A DNA stretch of 64,000 nucleotides from Tubiluchus corallicola (lineage: Eukaryota > Animalia > Priapulida): NCBI GenBank assembly GCA_030141605.1, contig JAQGDQ010002390.1:1-64000 (forward strand), read 5' to 3'. Position 1 is the stretch's first letter. Every line of letters starts with the position of its first letter. This document shows, piece after piece, positions 33,465 to 43,729 of this stretch. The position numbers and the translations under genes are program-made. The notes beneath the pieces are model-generated. The model ran no database searches, had not been told where the DNA came from, and was given only the letters and a program-made list of their open reading frames with translations.

Positions 33465-33493
33465 TTGCACAATAAATAAAAAACAATTAAACT
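33465..33493 (+). promoter_or_regulatory. Putative sigma70 promoter of ndk
   Basis: TTGCAC-N17-TAAACT, 70 nt upstream of the ATG. Confidence 0.4.
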
Positions 33494-33563
33494 TATACGA
33501 CAAAATAAACAATCATTATTAAAAAATAAACAAGAATCATTAAGCTTATATAAAGAGGGAAAT

Positions 33564-33986
33564 ATGGCTGTAGAAAGAACGCTGTCTATTATCAAGCCTG
33601 ACGCCGTCGCCAGCAACATATCAGGAAAAATTAATGCAATGTTCGAAGATACCGGCTTACGTATCATCGCTCAGAAAAAAATAAAAATGACCTATGAAAT
33701 CGCAGAAGGCTTCTACGCGGTCCATAAAGATCATTCCTTCTTTGAAAGTCTATGCGACTATATGTCTTCCGGGCCTTCCATTGTTCAGATCATTGAAGGG
33801 GAAAACGCCATCGCTAAAGTACGCGAGATTATGGGCGCTACAAACCCCGCAAACGCCGAAAAAGGAACAATCCGCCACCTCTATGGAAAAACAGTGACCG
33901 AAAATACCGTCCACGGATCCGACAGCCCAGAAAGCGCCGCTAGCGAAATTCCCTACTTTTTCGCCACAATTGAAATCTTTCCCTAA
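33564..33986 (+). CDS. ndk: Nucleoside diphosphate kinase
   Basis: [26 protein letters not shown]. Confidence 0.98.
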   Translation: MAVERTLSIIKPDAVASNISGKINAMFEDTGLRIIAQKKIKMTYEIAEGFYAVHKDHSFFESLCDYMSSGPSIVQIIEGENAIAKVREIMGATNPANAEKGTIRHLYGKTVTENTVHGSDSPESAASEIPYFFATIEIFP

Positions 33987-34065
33987 AACCACCCCAGAAG
34001 GGCATCCCTCTTCCCGTAAACATTCCGGCATCCTCCTTACCTTTAAAAATGAAACCTTTAAGATT

Positions 34066-35394
34066 ATGCTCGCTAAAAAATTCCTCATCCTCGCCGCTCT
34101 TTTCATCCTGATATCAAAAGGATACGCCTCACCTTACTTTATGAGCGAGCTACTCTCCGTAGAGGCCACCGCGGAAAATACCCTCTCTGCTCAGGAAAAA
34201 GCCCTCGGCGAAGGAGAAATACAAGCCTGGCAGCAGCTCATGGAAACCCTCACTGACAAAAAAGAGGTCACACGCATACTCCTAGAGCGACAACAGGCTG
34301 AAACGTTCATAAGCTACCCTGACGCCCCCTCGCAGGAACAATACACCCCTTTTGACAGCTTCTTGGAATATTCCACAGCTCTCGAACTTCCTGAATTCTA
34401 CGGAAGCTTTTCAGAAGAAGAAGAAAACCTCTCAGAAGATACCCTCCTCTCAGAAGAAGACTATCTCTATACCATAAATCTTCTCGACCTCTCCGCAGAA
34501 GAGAGAAGCTCCATGCTCCAAAGCTTCTCCATACAACAGGAGCAACGCGCCCTTGGATTTTACAGAGCGCAGATTCGCTATAACTTCAACCCTGAGCGTG
34601 TCGCTCAGTTTCTGCGAAGTAAAGCTATCCCTTTTGTGCAAATACCAGCGCCAACCATGCTGCTTCTCCCCATTATCAAAGAAGAAAACACACTATCCCT
34701 ATGGGAAACATCCTGGATGGAAATACTCCAAAATACTCCCCCAGAACCAACGCCTTTCCTCCAGATGATCGTCCCTGAGGGAAATAATATCGATAAAGCC
34801 ATCATTCCAGAAGCCAGTTACATCTTCTATGACAATCGAGACGAAATTGTAGAGAATTTTAAAAATAGATATAATACTCAGGCCATTCTTATCATTCTCA
34901 TGGAAAAAGAATCCCCCCTCTCCTTCCAAGTCGCCGCCTACAGCTTCGGAACATCGGATCCTTTTTATCTGGAATATTACGAAACCTTTCCCCATGAAAA
35001 TAAAACAGATGAGGAATTTTGGCTCTATGTTCAACAAACCCTCATAGCACGTATGGATGCCGCCTGGAAACAGCATGCCCTCTCTTTAGGACAATCCTCC
35101 AGCACCGTCGGCTCCACACCCGACTCCCCAGTTACGGAAACAGAGCCCACCGCCATTGACGCCTTTGTTCTCATTCAGAATCTTCAACAATGGGTCAATG
35201 TCCGCAAAAGAATTGAATCAATCAGAGGAATCGATAAAGTCGAAATTATCACCCTTTCCCGCGAAAGAGTCCATTTCAAACTCTGGCATAGCCTCACCTA
35301 CAGCGGTCTAAAAAACGCGATGGAGCGAAGTCTCCTGTCAGTCGACGATTCTTCCCAAGAAGGGCATTGGTACATCATGCCACAATCCCCCTAA
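34066..35394 (+). CDS. Exported protein, probable DUF2066 family
   Basis: Signal peptide from ATG 34066 (MLAKKFLILAALFILISKGYA); YRAQIRYNFNPERVAQFL, LLLPI, VPEGN, AAWKQ and C-terminal LQQWVNVRKRI recall alphaproteobacterial DUF2066 proteins. Family call is from memory. Confidence 0.65.
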   Translation: MLAKKFLILAALFILISKGYASPYFMSELLSVEATAENTLSAQEKALGEGEIQAWQQLMETLTDKKEVTRILLERQQAETFISYPDAPSQEQYTPFDSFLEYSTALELPEFYGSFSEEEENLSEDTLLSEEDYLYTINLLDLSAEERSSMLQSFSIQQEQRALGFYRAQIRYNFNPERVAQFLRSKAIPFVQIPAPTMLLLPIIKEENTLSLWETSWMEILQNTPPEPTPFLQMIVPEGNNIDKAIIPEASYIFYDNRDEIVENFKNRYNTQAILIILMEKESPLSFQVAAYSFGTSDPFYLEYYETFPHENKTDEEFWLYVQQTLIARMDAAWKQHALSLGQSSSTVGSTPDSPVTETEPTAIDAFVLIQNLQQWVNVRKRIESIRGIDKVEIITLSRERVHFKLWHSLTYSGLKNAMERSLLSVDDSSQEGHWYIMPQSP

Positions 35395-35418
35395 AGAATA
35401 TTCATACACAAGAAACTA

Positions 35419-35468
35419 AAAAGCGCTAACGTACCACCCAAAAAAAGGACATACGCTAGCGCTATTTT
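35419..35468. terminator. Possible bidirectional terminator between the DUF2066-like gene and glnA
   Basis: AAA-AGCGCTA-A-CGTA...TACG-C-TAGCGCT-ATTTT inverted repeat with a long loop. Confidence 0.4.
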
Positions 35469-35489
35469 CAAAAATATCCAAAGAAGCCA

Positions 35490-36911
35490 CTAGCCACTAT
35501 AATACATGTCAAACTCAACAGGATGCGGCGTGGTCTCAAATCGCTTGACCTCCTCCGCTTTCAGCTTGATGTAGCTGTCAATAAAGTCGCTCGTGAAAAC
35601 TTCCCCCTTCTTTAAGAATCCCCTGTCCTCATCCAACGCGTCCAACGCCTGATGCAATGAGCCGCATACCGTCGGAACATTCTTCAATTCCTCGGGCGGA
35701 AGATCGTACAGGTTTTTATCAATGGCATCTCCAGGATGAATCTTGTTGGCAATACCGTCAAGCCCCGCCATTAACATCGCGGAAAACGCCAGATACGGAT
35801 TTGCCAACGCGTCCGGGAAACGAACTTCCACACGTTTTCCATTGGGGCTCACGGAATAAGGAATACGACAGGACGCAGAACGATTTCTCGCCGAGTAAGC
35901 CAGCAAAACAGGCGCCTCAAAACCAGGAACCAGGCGCTTATATGAATTCGTCGTCGGATTTGTAAACGCGTTTAACGCACGCGCGTGCTTGATAATCCCC
36001 CCAATATAATATAGCGCCATATCAGAAAGATCCGCATAACCAGAACCACTGAAAATCGGAGTCTCTCCTTTCCATAAAGATTGATGAACATGCATACCGG
36101 AACCATTGTCCCCTATAATCGGCTTTGGCATAAAAGTCGCCGTCTTCCCATAACTATGCGCCGTCATCTGAACACAATATTTGTAAATCTGAACATCATC
36201 CGCAGAACCAATAAGCGTGTTAAACAATATTCCTAACTCATGCTGCGCCGCCGCAACCTCATGATGATGCTTATCCGCCTTTACACCCATGCTCCGAATA
36301 GCCTCAACCATCTCTCCCCGCAAGTCGCTCTCCTGATCTACAGGCGGAACAGGAAAATATCCCCCTTTTAAACGAGGACGATGACCACTGTTCCCATGCT
36401 CAAACCGCTTCCCGCTATTCCAAGGACCCTCCAAAGAATCCACCTCAAAAGAACAGAAATGATCATGACAAGCATAACGAACATCATCAAAAATAAAAAA
36501 TTCCGGCTCAGCTCCAAAATAAGCCCGCTCGCCAAAACCACTCGCGCCCAGCCAAGCCTGCGCTTTCTTCGCTATTGAACGAGGATCTCGCAAATAAGGC
36601 TGACCTGTCGACGGCTCTAAAATATCACAGATTAAAACAAGCGTCTTACGCGCCGAAAAAGGATCCATCGTCGCCGTCGAAATATCCGGTATTAACGCCA
36701 TATCAGAATCATTAATCGCCTTCCAACCCACAATCGAAGAGCCGTCAAACATTAAACCATCCTCAAAAGCATCCTCATCAAAACTATCCGACGTCATCGT
36801 TAAATGTTGCCATTTCCCCAAAACATCCGTAAAACGAAGATCAACATATTCAATATCATTCTCTTGAATATATTCCAAAAACTCTGTAGGTGAATTTAAA
36901 CTTAATGACAT
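35490..36911 (-). CDS. glnA: Glutamine synthetase type I
   Basis: [57 protein letters not shown] at 36911 preferred. Confidence 0.98.
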   Translation of the reverse strand: MSLSLNSPTEFLEYIQENDIEYVDLRFTDVLGKWQHLTMTSDSFDEDAFEDGLMFDGSSIVGWKAINDSDMALIPDISTATMDPFSARKTLVLICDILEPSTGQPYLRDPRSIAKKAQAWLGASGFGERAYFGAEPEFFIFDDVRYACHDHFCSFEVDSLEGPWNSGKRFEHGNSGHRPRLKGGYFPVPPVDQESDLRGEMVEAIRSMGVKADKHHHEVAAAQHELGILFNTLIGSADDVQIYKYCVQMTAHSYGKTATFMPKPIIGDNGSGMHVHQSLWKGETPIFSGSGYADLSDMALYYIGGIIKHARALNAFTNPTTNSYKRLVPGFEAPVLLAYSARNRSASCRIPYSVSPNGKRVEVRFPDALANPYLAFSAMLMAGLDGIANKIHPGDAIDKNLYDLPPEELKNVPTVCGSLHQALDALDEDRGFLKKGEVFTSDFIDSYIKLKAEEVKRFETTPHPVEFDMYYSG

Positions 36912-36947
36912 TTTTTCTCTCTCCAAAATCATTTCTATTGACAAAAA

Positions 36948-37322
<375 letters not shown>

Positions 37323-37445
37323 TCATATTTCAAAGCAACTTTAACAAACCTGCTGGCAATTGTAAATATTCTATCCATACTATACATAAGAAAGCGCACA
37401 ATAAGAAATAAATACTCAATCATCAACACATAATCAATTAAAAAC

Positions 37446-37474
37446 TTGACTTACAGCGCGAACAGAGATAAAAA
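37446..37474 (+). promoter_or_regulatory. Putative promoter of tRNA-His
   Basis: TTGACT-N17-TAAAAA, 36 nt upstream of the tRNA. Confidence 0.4.
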
Positions 37475-37510
37475 ATAATCAATTACGCATTTCATAGTAA
37501 CCTTAGTTGT

Positions 37511-37588
37511 GGTGAGTATAGCTCAGTTGGTCAGAGCACCTGGTTGTGGTCCAGGGGGTCACGGGTTCGAGTCCCGTTACTTGCCCCA
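37511..37588 (+). tRNA. tRNA-His(GTG) with encoded G-1 and C73
   Basis: Anticodon arm CCTGG-TT-GTG-GT-CCAGG, D-arm GCTCAGTTGGTCAGAGC, T-arm ACGGG-TTCGAGT-CCCGT, 3' end TACTTGC-C-CCA. Confidence 0.96.
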
Positions 37589-37722
37589 TTTTTTCCCACC
37601 CCCCATTAAAATCCCCTCTGCAAGAGAATTCGCTGAATTCATACTAGAACTTTTCTTTAAAAACAGATATAAAATAAAGAAAACACGATCGTTAATATTC
37701 TAAATTCACGCAAGGAATCAAC

Positions 37723-39699
37723 ATGACTTTCTCTCATGAAAAAATGGCAAACGCTCTCCGTTTTCTATCCGCAGATACTGTACAAAAAGCTGCCTCAGGA
37801 CATCCCGGACTCCCGATGGGAATCGCCGATGTTGCAACCGTCCTGTTTACAAAACATCTCAAATTCGACGCCACAGATCCAAAATGGCCCGACCGCGACC
37901 GCTTTATTCTCTCCGCAGGACACGGATCGGCACTCCTGTATTCCCTCTTCTACCTCATGGGTATTCAATCCATTACAATAGAAGATCTGAAATCCTTCCG
38001 GCAACTCGGATCCAAAACCCCCGGGCATCCCGAATACGGACATACAGACGGCGTCGAAATGACAACAGGACCCCTCGGACAAGGAATCGCCAGCGCCGTC
38101 GGAATGGCACTCGCAGAACGTATGCTCCAGGAAAGATGCTCCCCTGAACTCGTCAACCATTACACATGGGTCATCGCCGGAGACGGATGCCTCATGGAAG
38201 GCGTCAGCCAAGAAGCCATCTCCCTCGCCGGGCACCTGAAACTCAATAAACTCATCGTCCTTTGGGACAATAATAAAATTTCCATCGATGGCTCTACGGA
38301 CCTAACCTGCTCCGATGACCAAATCAAACGCTTTGAAGCCTCCGGATGGAAAACCTTCTCCATCGACGGCCATAACCCTCAGGAAATCGACGCCACAATA
38401 ATAGAAGCGAAAAAAGCCGACAAACCCGTCATGATCGCCTGTAAAACAATCATCGGATACGGCGCGCCCACAAAAGAAGGCACCGCCGCCAGCCACGGCG
38501 CTCCCCTCGGTGAAGAGGAAATTATGCGCGCAAAGCAAAAATTAAACTGGGAATACGCCCCCTTTGAAATTCCTCAGGAAATCCTGAACGAATGGCGAAA
38601 CGCCGGAAAAAAAATAACCGCTACACGAGAAAATTGGGAAAAAAATAGCCCCGCTCACCCCCTCTACCAAGACTTCAAAAACTATCTCTCCGGAACATTG
38701 CCAAAAGAATGGACTCAGAAACTCTCCTCCTTTATCGAGGAAACCATCCAAAACGCACCCTCCGTCGCGACACGGAAAGCTTCTGAAAACGTGTTGGAAA
38801 CACTTACAAAAACAATCCCTCACCTTATCGGAGGCTCTGCAGACCTAACCGGATCGGTCAATACAAAAACATCCCAAACACACCCCGTTACACCATACGA
38901 CGCTTCCGGACGGTATATCCACTACGGTGTCCGTGAACACGCAATGGCGGCAATCATGAACGGAATAGCCCTGCACGGCGGCTTTATCCCCTACGGCGGA
39001 ACATTCCTTGTCTTCGCCGACTATATGCGCGGCGCCATGCGCCTCTCCGCTCTTATGGGAACAAAAGTCGTCTACATCCTTACTCACGACTCCATCGGAC
39101 TAGGCGAAGACGGACCAACCCACCAACCCGTAGAGACACTCGCGTCCCTACGCGCGATTCCTAACTTCCAACTCTTCAGACCCGCTGACACAGTTGAAAC
39201 CGCCGAGTGCTGGGCATTGGCCATCACCTCAGACAATACACCCTCCGGCATCGTGCTAACACGGCAAAATTTACCAACCTTGCGAAAACAACATTCACAA
39301 AAAAACCTCTCTGAACAAGGAGGATATATCCTCTATGGAACAACAGATACCCATAGAGATATCACCATTTTAGCAACCGGATCAGAAGTCGCGATCGCAA
39401 TTAAAGCCGCCAAAACACTCGAGGAGAACAATCTGTCCGTAGCCGTCGTCTCCATGCCATCCATGGAACGCTTCAATCAGCAGCCTAAAGACTATCAAAA
39501 TACCATCCTAGGCAACAGCCGTGTTTACGCCGCGATTGAAGCCGCTATCTCTATGGGATGGGAACGTTATATCGGAAAGGAAGGCGTCTTCATCGGAATG
39601 GACGATTTCGGGGCGTCAGGAAAAGGACCCGAACTCTACGAGCATTTTGGCATCACCGCAGAAAATCTCGTTAAAAAAATTCAACAGAAATTATCCTAA
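37723..39699 (+). CDS. tkt: Transketolase
   Basis: SGHPGLPMG, RDRFILSAGHGS, GDGCLMEG, GVREHAM, GEDGPTHQP. Confidence 0.98.
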   Translation: MTFSHEKMANALRFLSADTVQKAASGHPGLPMGIADVATVLFTKHLKFDATDPKWPDRDRFILSAGHGSALLYSLFYLMGIQSITIEDLKSFRQLGSKTPGHPEYGHTDGVEMTTGPLGQGIASAVGMALAERMLQERCSPELVNHYTWVIAGDGCLMEGVSQEAISLAGHLKLNKLIVLWDNNKISIDGSTDLTCSDDQIKRFEASGWKTFSIDGHNPQEIDATIIEAKKADKPVMIACKTIIGYGAPTKEGTAASHGAPLGEEEIMRAKQKLNWEYAPFEIPQEILNEWRNAGKKITATRENWEKNSPAHPLYQDFKNYLSGTLPKEWTQKLSSFIEETIQNAPSVATRKASENVLETLTKTIPHLIGGSADLTGSVNTKTSQTHPVTPYDASGRYIHYGVREHAMAAIMNGIALHGGFIPYGGTFLVFADYMRGAMRLSALMGTKVVYILTHDSIGLGEDGPTHQPVETLASLRAIPNFQLFRPADTVETAECWALAITSDNTPSGIVLTRQNLPTLRKQHSQKNLSEQGGYILYGTTDTHRDITILATGSEVAIAIKAAKTLEENNLSVAVVSMPSMERFNQQPKDYQNTILGNSRVYAAIEAAISMGWERYIGKEGVFIGMDDFGASGKGPELYEHFGITAENLVKKIQQKLS

Positions 39700-39720
39700 C
39701 TATACACTCAATTAAAGCCA

Positions 39721-40188
39721 ATGGTCCAAATCGCCCTGTATCAACCTGATATTCCACAAAATACAGGCACAATCCTGCGAATGGCCGCATGTTTGGAAAT
39801 ACCACTCCATATTATAGAACCATGCGGCTTCGCCTTCAGCCATACCCGCCTTAAACGAGCAGGAATGGATTACCTGAATTTCACAAAACCAACACACCAT
39901 ACCGCCTGGAAAGCCTTCTTCCAATATTGCCAAGAAAAACATCACCGGATTATCCTGCTCACAACAAAAACAAAAAAAAATTATACCAGCGTTAATTTCC
40001 AGCCTGACGATATTCTCCTGCTGGGACAAGAAAGCCTCGGCGTGCCTGAACATGTCCATAAAACCGTCGCAAAACGCGTAACCATCCCCATGGCACCCAA
40101 AACGCGCTCCCTTAATGTCGCGATAAGTCTCGCGATTGTCCTTGGCGAAGCCATGCGCCAAACCAACAGCTTCCCTTCAATCTCATAA
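39721..40188 (+). CDS. trmL: tRNA (cytidine34-2'-O)-methyltransferase TrmL (SPOUT)
   Basis: YQPDIPQNTG, LHIIEPCGF, KRAGMDY, GQESLG, RSLNVA. Confidence 0.95.
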   Translation: MVQIALYQPDIPQNTGTILRMAACLEIPLHIIEPCGFAFSHTRLKRAGMDYLNFTKPTHHTAWKAFFQYCQEKHHRIILLTTKTKKNYTSVNFQPDDILLLGQESLGVPEHVHKTVAKRVTIPMAPKTRSLNVAISLAIVLGEAMRQTNSFPSIS

Positions 40189-40208
40189 CAATACAGAAAT
40201 ATACACCC

Positions 40209-40928
40209 ATGCAAAATATCCCCCAAAGACACATTATCCTCGATACAGAAACTACAGGACTCAATCCCGAAAATAATCATAGAATTATCGAAATCGGATG
40301 TATCGAGCTGATCGATAGCCTCCAAACCGGAAAGATTTTTCACGAATATATTAACCCACAAAGAAATATTCCCGCCGAATCACACCGTATTCACGGAATT
40401 TCAGAAGAGTTCCTTCAGGATAAACCCTTCTTTTCAACAATCGCAGACCGTCTGTGGCAATTTCTCGATAACGCAACTCTGATCGCTCATAACGCCTCTT
40501 TTGACATCTCCTTCCTTAACGCCGAATTTAAACGGCTGAACATGCCACAGCTGGATAACAGTAAAATTATCGATACACTCGAACTCTCCAGAAAACAGTT
40601 TCCCAATACACAAGTCAGCCTAGACGCCCTCTGCCGACGATTCAAAATCAACCTGGATTCCCGAAAAGACTATCATGGCGCCCTTTTAGACGCGCAACTC
40701 CTCGCTCAGGTCTATATCGAACTTGTGGGCGGACTCCAGCATAAAATGGACCTAGGAAATATAGAGGAACTCTCCCCCTCTTCCAACCTCCTGTCTATTC
40801 CCTCCCATCAACAACAAAGCCACCATACTTACACACCAGAGCAACTCTCAAGACCTCACGCTCCCTCAGCGGAGGAACTCAAACGCCATGCCGCTTTCAT
40901 GCAAAAATATATAGAAACCTCCCGCTAA
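40209..40928 (+). CDS. dnaQ: DNA polymerase III epsilon subunit
   Basis: LDTETTG, HNASFD, SLDALC, HGALLDAQLLAQVY. Confidence 0.97.
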   Translation: MQNIPQRHIILDTETTGLNPENNHRIIEIGCIELIDSLQTGKIFHEYINPQRNIPAESHRIHGISEEFLQDKPFFSTIADRLWQFLDNATLIAHNASFDISFLNAEFKRLNMPQLDNSKIIDTLELSRKQFPNTQVSLDALCRRFKINLDSRKDYHGALLDAQLLAQVYIELVGGLQHKMDLGNIEELSPSSNLLSIPSHQQQSHHTYTPEQLSRPHAPSAEELKRHAAFMQKYIETSR

Positions 40929-40965
40929 ATCACTCCCCTGATCCTCACAGAAAAAGAACCAGCCG

Positions 40966-42354
40966 CTAAAGAGAAATTCCCTTTAATTTACGATAAAGAG
41001 AAACCGCCGCGTAATCCGTCATACCCGCAATATAATCTATCACAAGCATTATCGATTCATAACAGCTGGTCCGATACAACACAGAACTGTTGCGATGAAG
41101 AAGATTCACAACATGACGAGACCGTAAAGACGCCCTTTCCTTATTCTTTCGAACATCCTCCACCGCACGGCAAAATTCCATCAATAAACCATTTAAAATC
41201 TCAAATCCCGCGATTTCTGTCGCTATTTTCGAACGATGGCCAAATATACGCTCATGCGCAAAACGCTTGCAAAACTCTATGGCCTCTCCATAAATCGTAC
41301 GTTGTAAAAGCTCCCCTTGAAACTCCCCAGAGAGAATCGCCTCCTCGTGAACTCTAAAAGCCTTAACCGTCGCCTCTATCAAATTTCCAATCGCCTTGCC
41401 CCGTAAAAACGCCTTCCTCTTCTCCTCATTCATCTGACGATACCACGCCTCCCTACGAAGATCCTCCGTCCGCTCCATAGCGTCCCCTGGATATTTCTCC
41501 GGACTGCGAACAATCGGCGCAAGCATATTCTCAACATCATGCATATGAATAAAGCCAACCTCCATGCCATCCTCTATATCCACAACGCTGTAACATATAT
41601 CATCCGCCGCCTCTACCAAAAACGCCAGCGGATGACGAGCCCAAAGCGATAAAGCCGGAAAACGACGAGGCAAACCAACAACCTCCGCCATTTCATCAAA
41701 CATATCCCTATCACTGGTGAAAATACCACACTTTTCATCCCCGGAAAATTGACCTCGCTCATACGAAGAGGGCAAAACACTACAAGGATATTTCGTAAAA
41801 GCCGCCATCGTCGCAAAAGTTAACCGCAACCCCCCATTTTCCTGCCAGCCAAATAACTTATTTAAAATACGAAATCCCTGAGCGTTCCCGTCAAACAACA
41901 TAAAATCCTGCCTCTGATCCGCCGAAACACTCGCGTCAAAAGCGTCATCCTCATGGGTTTTGAAAAATAACCGTATCGCGTTCTCACCCGCGTGACCAAA
42001 CGGAGGATTACCAATATCATGCGCCAAACAAGCCGCCTGAACAATATAACCAAAATCATGCTCGCTAAACGGAAGCGATCCTCCTTGCAATCGCGAAAGA
42101 ACATGCTTCCCGATACAATAGCCTAAAGAACGACCCACAGACGCAACCTCTAAACTATGTGTCATACGAGTCCGAACCGCCCCACTCTTTGATAACGGAT
42201 GAACCTGCGTCTTATCCTGAAGACAACGAAACGGATAGGAAAAAGTAATCCGATCAAGATCAACTAAAAACGGACTGCGAACACCATCGGAAAATGATTT
42301 CCCCTCCCCAAAACGACGCGCGCATAACAATGCCTCCCAAGACATTTTCCCCAT
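40966..42354 (-). CDS. dgt: dNTP triphosphohydrolase (dGTPase, HD superfamily)
   Basis: LQDKTQV, RTRMTHSLEV, LAHDIGNPPFGHAGE, FDGNAQGFR, EAADDICY, DYIAGMTD. Confidence 0.93.
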   Translation of the reverse strand: MGKMSWEALLCARRFGEGKSFSDGVRSPFLVDLDRITFSYPFRCLQDKTQVHPLSKSGAVRTRMTHSLEVASVGRSLGYCIGKHVLSRLQGGSLPFSEHDFGYIVQAACLAHDIGNPPFGHAGENAIRLFFKTHEDDAFDASVSADQRQDFMLFDGNAQGFRILNKLFGWQENGGLRLTFATMAAFTKYPCSVLPSSYERGQFSGDEKCGIFTSDRDMFDEMAEVVGLPRRFPALSLWARHPLAFLVEAADDICYSVVDIEDGMEVGFIHMHDVENMLAPIVRSPEKYPGDAMERTEDLRREAWYRQMNEEKRKAFLRGKAIGNLIEATVKAFRVHEEAILSGEFQGELLQRTIYGEAIEFCKRFAHERIFGHRSKIATEIAGFEILNGLLMEFCRAVEDVRKNKERASLRSRHVVNLLHRNSSVLYRTSCYESIMLVIDYIAGMTDYAAVSLYRKLKGISL

Positions 42355-42828
42355 CTAGCTATCGTCTTTCTCAGAATCTAAATCATACGGCAACATGAAA
42401 AACTCTATCCCCTCCTCGCTCAGCTCTTCCGCCTCCTCTAAAGTCGCCTCTCCATAAATACCATGCGCCTCTTCCTCTCCATAATATATCCGACGCGCCG
42501 CCTCAGGAAAATCCTCGCCAACATAAAAACAATTCTCCCGAATATACGCCCTGAGCTTCTCTACCCTACGAATAAAACGCTTCTCAAACTCCGAAGGCTC
42601 AACAGCGATCTTCTTATCAGAAGAAAGCGGATGAAGCAAATCCTGCTGATCTTCCTTCCTCTTCCTGCAGATGATATTCGGCGCCATAATCGCTTTACGA
42701 ACATCCGTATCCCCACAAACAGAGCAGTTCACAAGCTTCTTTTCTATCTGTAAATCACACGCTGCAGAATCCGGAAACCAAGCCTCAAAACTATGATTCC
42801 GTGAGCATTTCAATGTATAACGTATCAT
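42355..42828 (-). CDS. DUF1178 family protein
   Basis: MIRYTLKC..HSFEAWF, CSVCG..VRKAIMAP, YVGEDFPEAARRIYYGE, IYGEAT. Confidence 0.9.
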   Translation of the reverse strand: MIRYTLKCSRNHSFEAWFPDSAACDLQIEKKLVNCSVCGDTDVRKAIMAPNIICRKRKEDQQDLLHPLSSDKKIAVEPSEFEKRFIRRVEKLRAYIRENCFYVGEDFPEAARRIYYGEEEAHGIYGEATLEEAEELSEEGIEFFMLPYDLDSEKDDS

Positions 42829-43601
42829 ATCGTTATTCCCTTCTTTATTTTATTTCTCAAGGGCTCTAAGGGCCATAACATACGCCTCACCTTCGCAAAT
42901 ACCAAAACATCAACCCGTAAAGCACCAGCCTTTAAAAGCTGAATCGCACAAAATTGAACCGTTGCCCCCGTCGTCAAAACATCATCCACCAAAACAATAC
43001 GCTTTCCTCTTAAAGAATCCGATAAGCCAGACGCCACCGAAAAAACAGCCTTCAGTTCGGCAACCCGCTGGCGCCCTCTCATCCCCTGAAGAGAACGAGA
43101 CGGTCGAGAACGACATAAAATATCCGTCGCAACAGGAATGGAAAAACCACGCCCTACATAATGCGCCAGTAACGCCGCCTGATTATACCGCCTTTTTAAC
43201 AAACGTGTCCAATGCAAAGGAACCGGAATTAAAAGATCCGCCCCCTTTAAAATATCACACCCTGCACGTTTCATCAAATTTCCTAAAAAAGACGTGTAAT
43301 CAACCCTATCCCCATATTTATACGGTAAAATAAACGGATACGACCCTTCATCATAAATAACCGCCGCACGAATACGCTCAACGGAAAAATCATGCCAGCG
43401 ACAAACTGAACAGACCCCTTTTTGACCCTTTTTCAAAATATGCCCACAGTTCTCACAAAAAGAACGATGCCAGAAATTTAAACGACTCCAGCACAATGCA
43501 CACAATACATGAGATGCCGATAAAAAACATCCACACCGTAAACAAACAGGCGGAAATAAAAAATCAACATATATCGCTCGCGATAAACGACTAAAAATCA
43601 C
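42825..43601 (-). CDS. comF: ComF family protein (double zinc ribbon + PRTase domain)
   Basis: Four CxxC pairs, PVPLH..RL..RRYNQA, VLVDDVLTTGAT. Confidence 0.92.
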   Translation of the reverse strand: MIFSRLSRAIYVDFLFPPVCLRCGCFLSASHVLCALCWSRLNFWHRSFCENCGHILKKGQKGVCSVCRWHDFSVERIRAAVIYDEGSYPFILPYKYGDRVDYTSFLGNLMKRAGCDILKGADLLIPVPLHWTRLLKRRYNQAALLAHYVGRGFSIPVATDILCRSRPSRSLQGMRGRQRVAELKAVFSVASGLSDSLRGKRIVLVDDVLTTGATVQFCAIQLLKAGALRVDVLVFAKVRRMLWPLEPLRNKIKKGITI

Positions 43602-43729
43602 CTAAAATCCTGCTTCCTTAACTATCAGCTCGTATATAGACAATCAATACAGCCTAAGATCATTACCTGATCTTTAAGTATAGCATAAAATAAAAATTAT
43701 TTTTATTTTGTAAAGTCAGAAAATATTTT

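Noticed and set aside
37509-37703. 64-aa ORF
   Set aside because: Shadow of tRNA-His.
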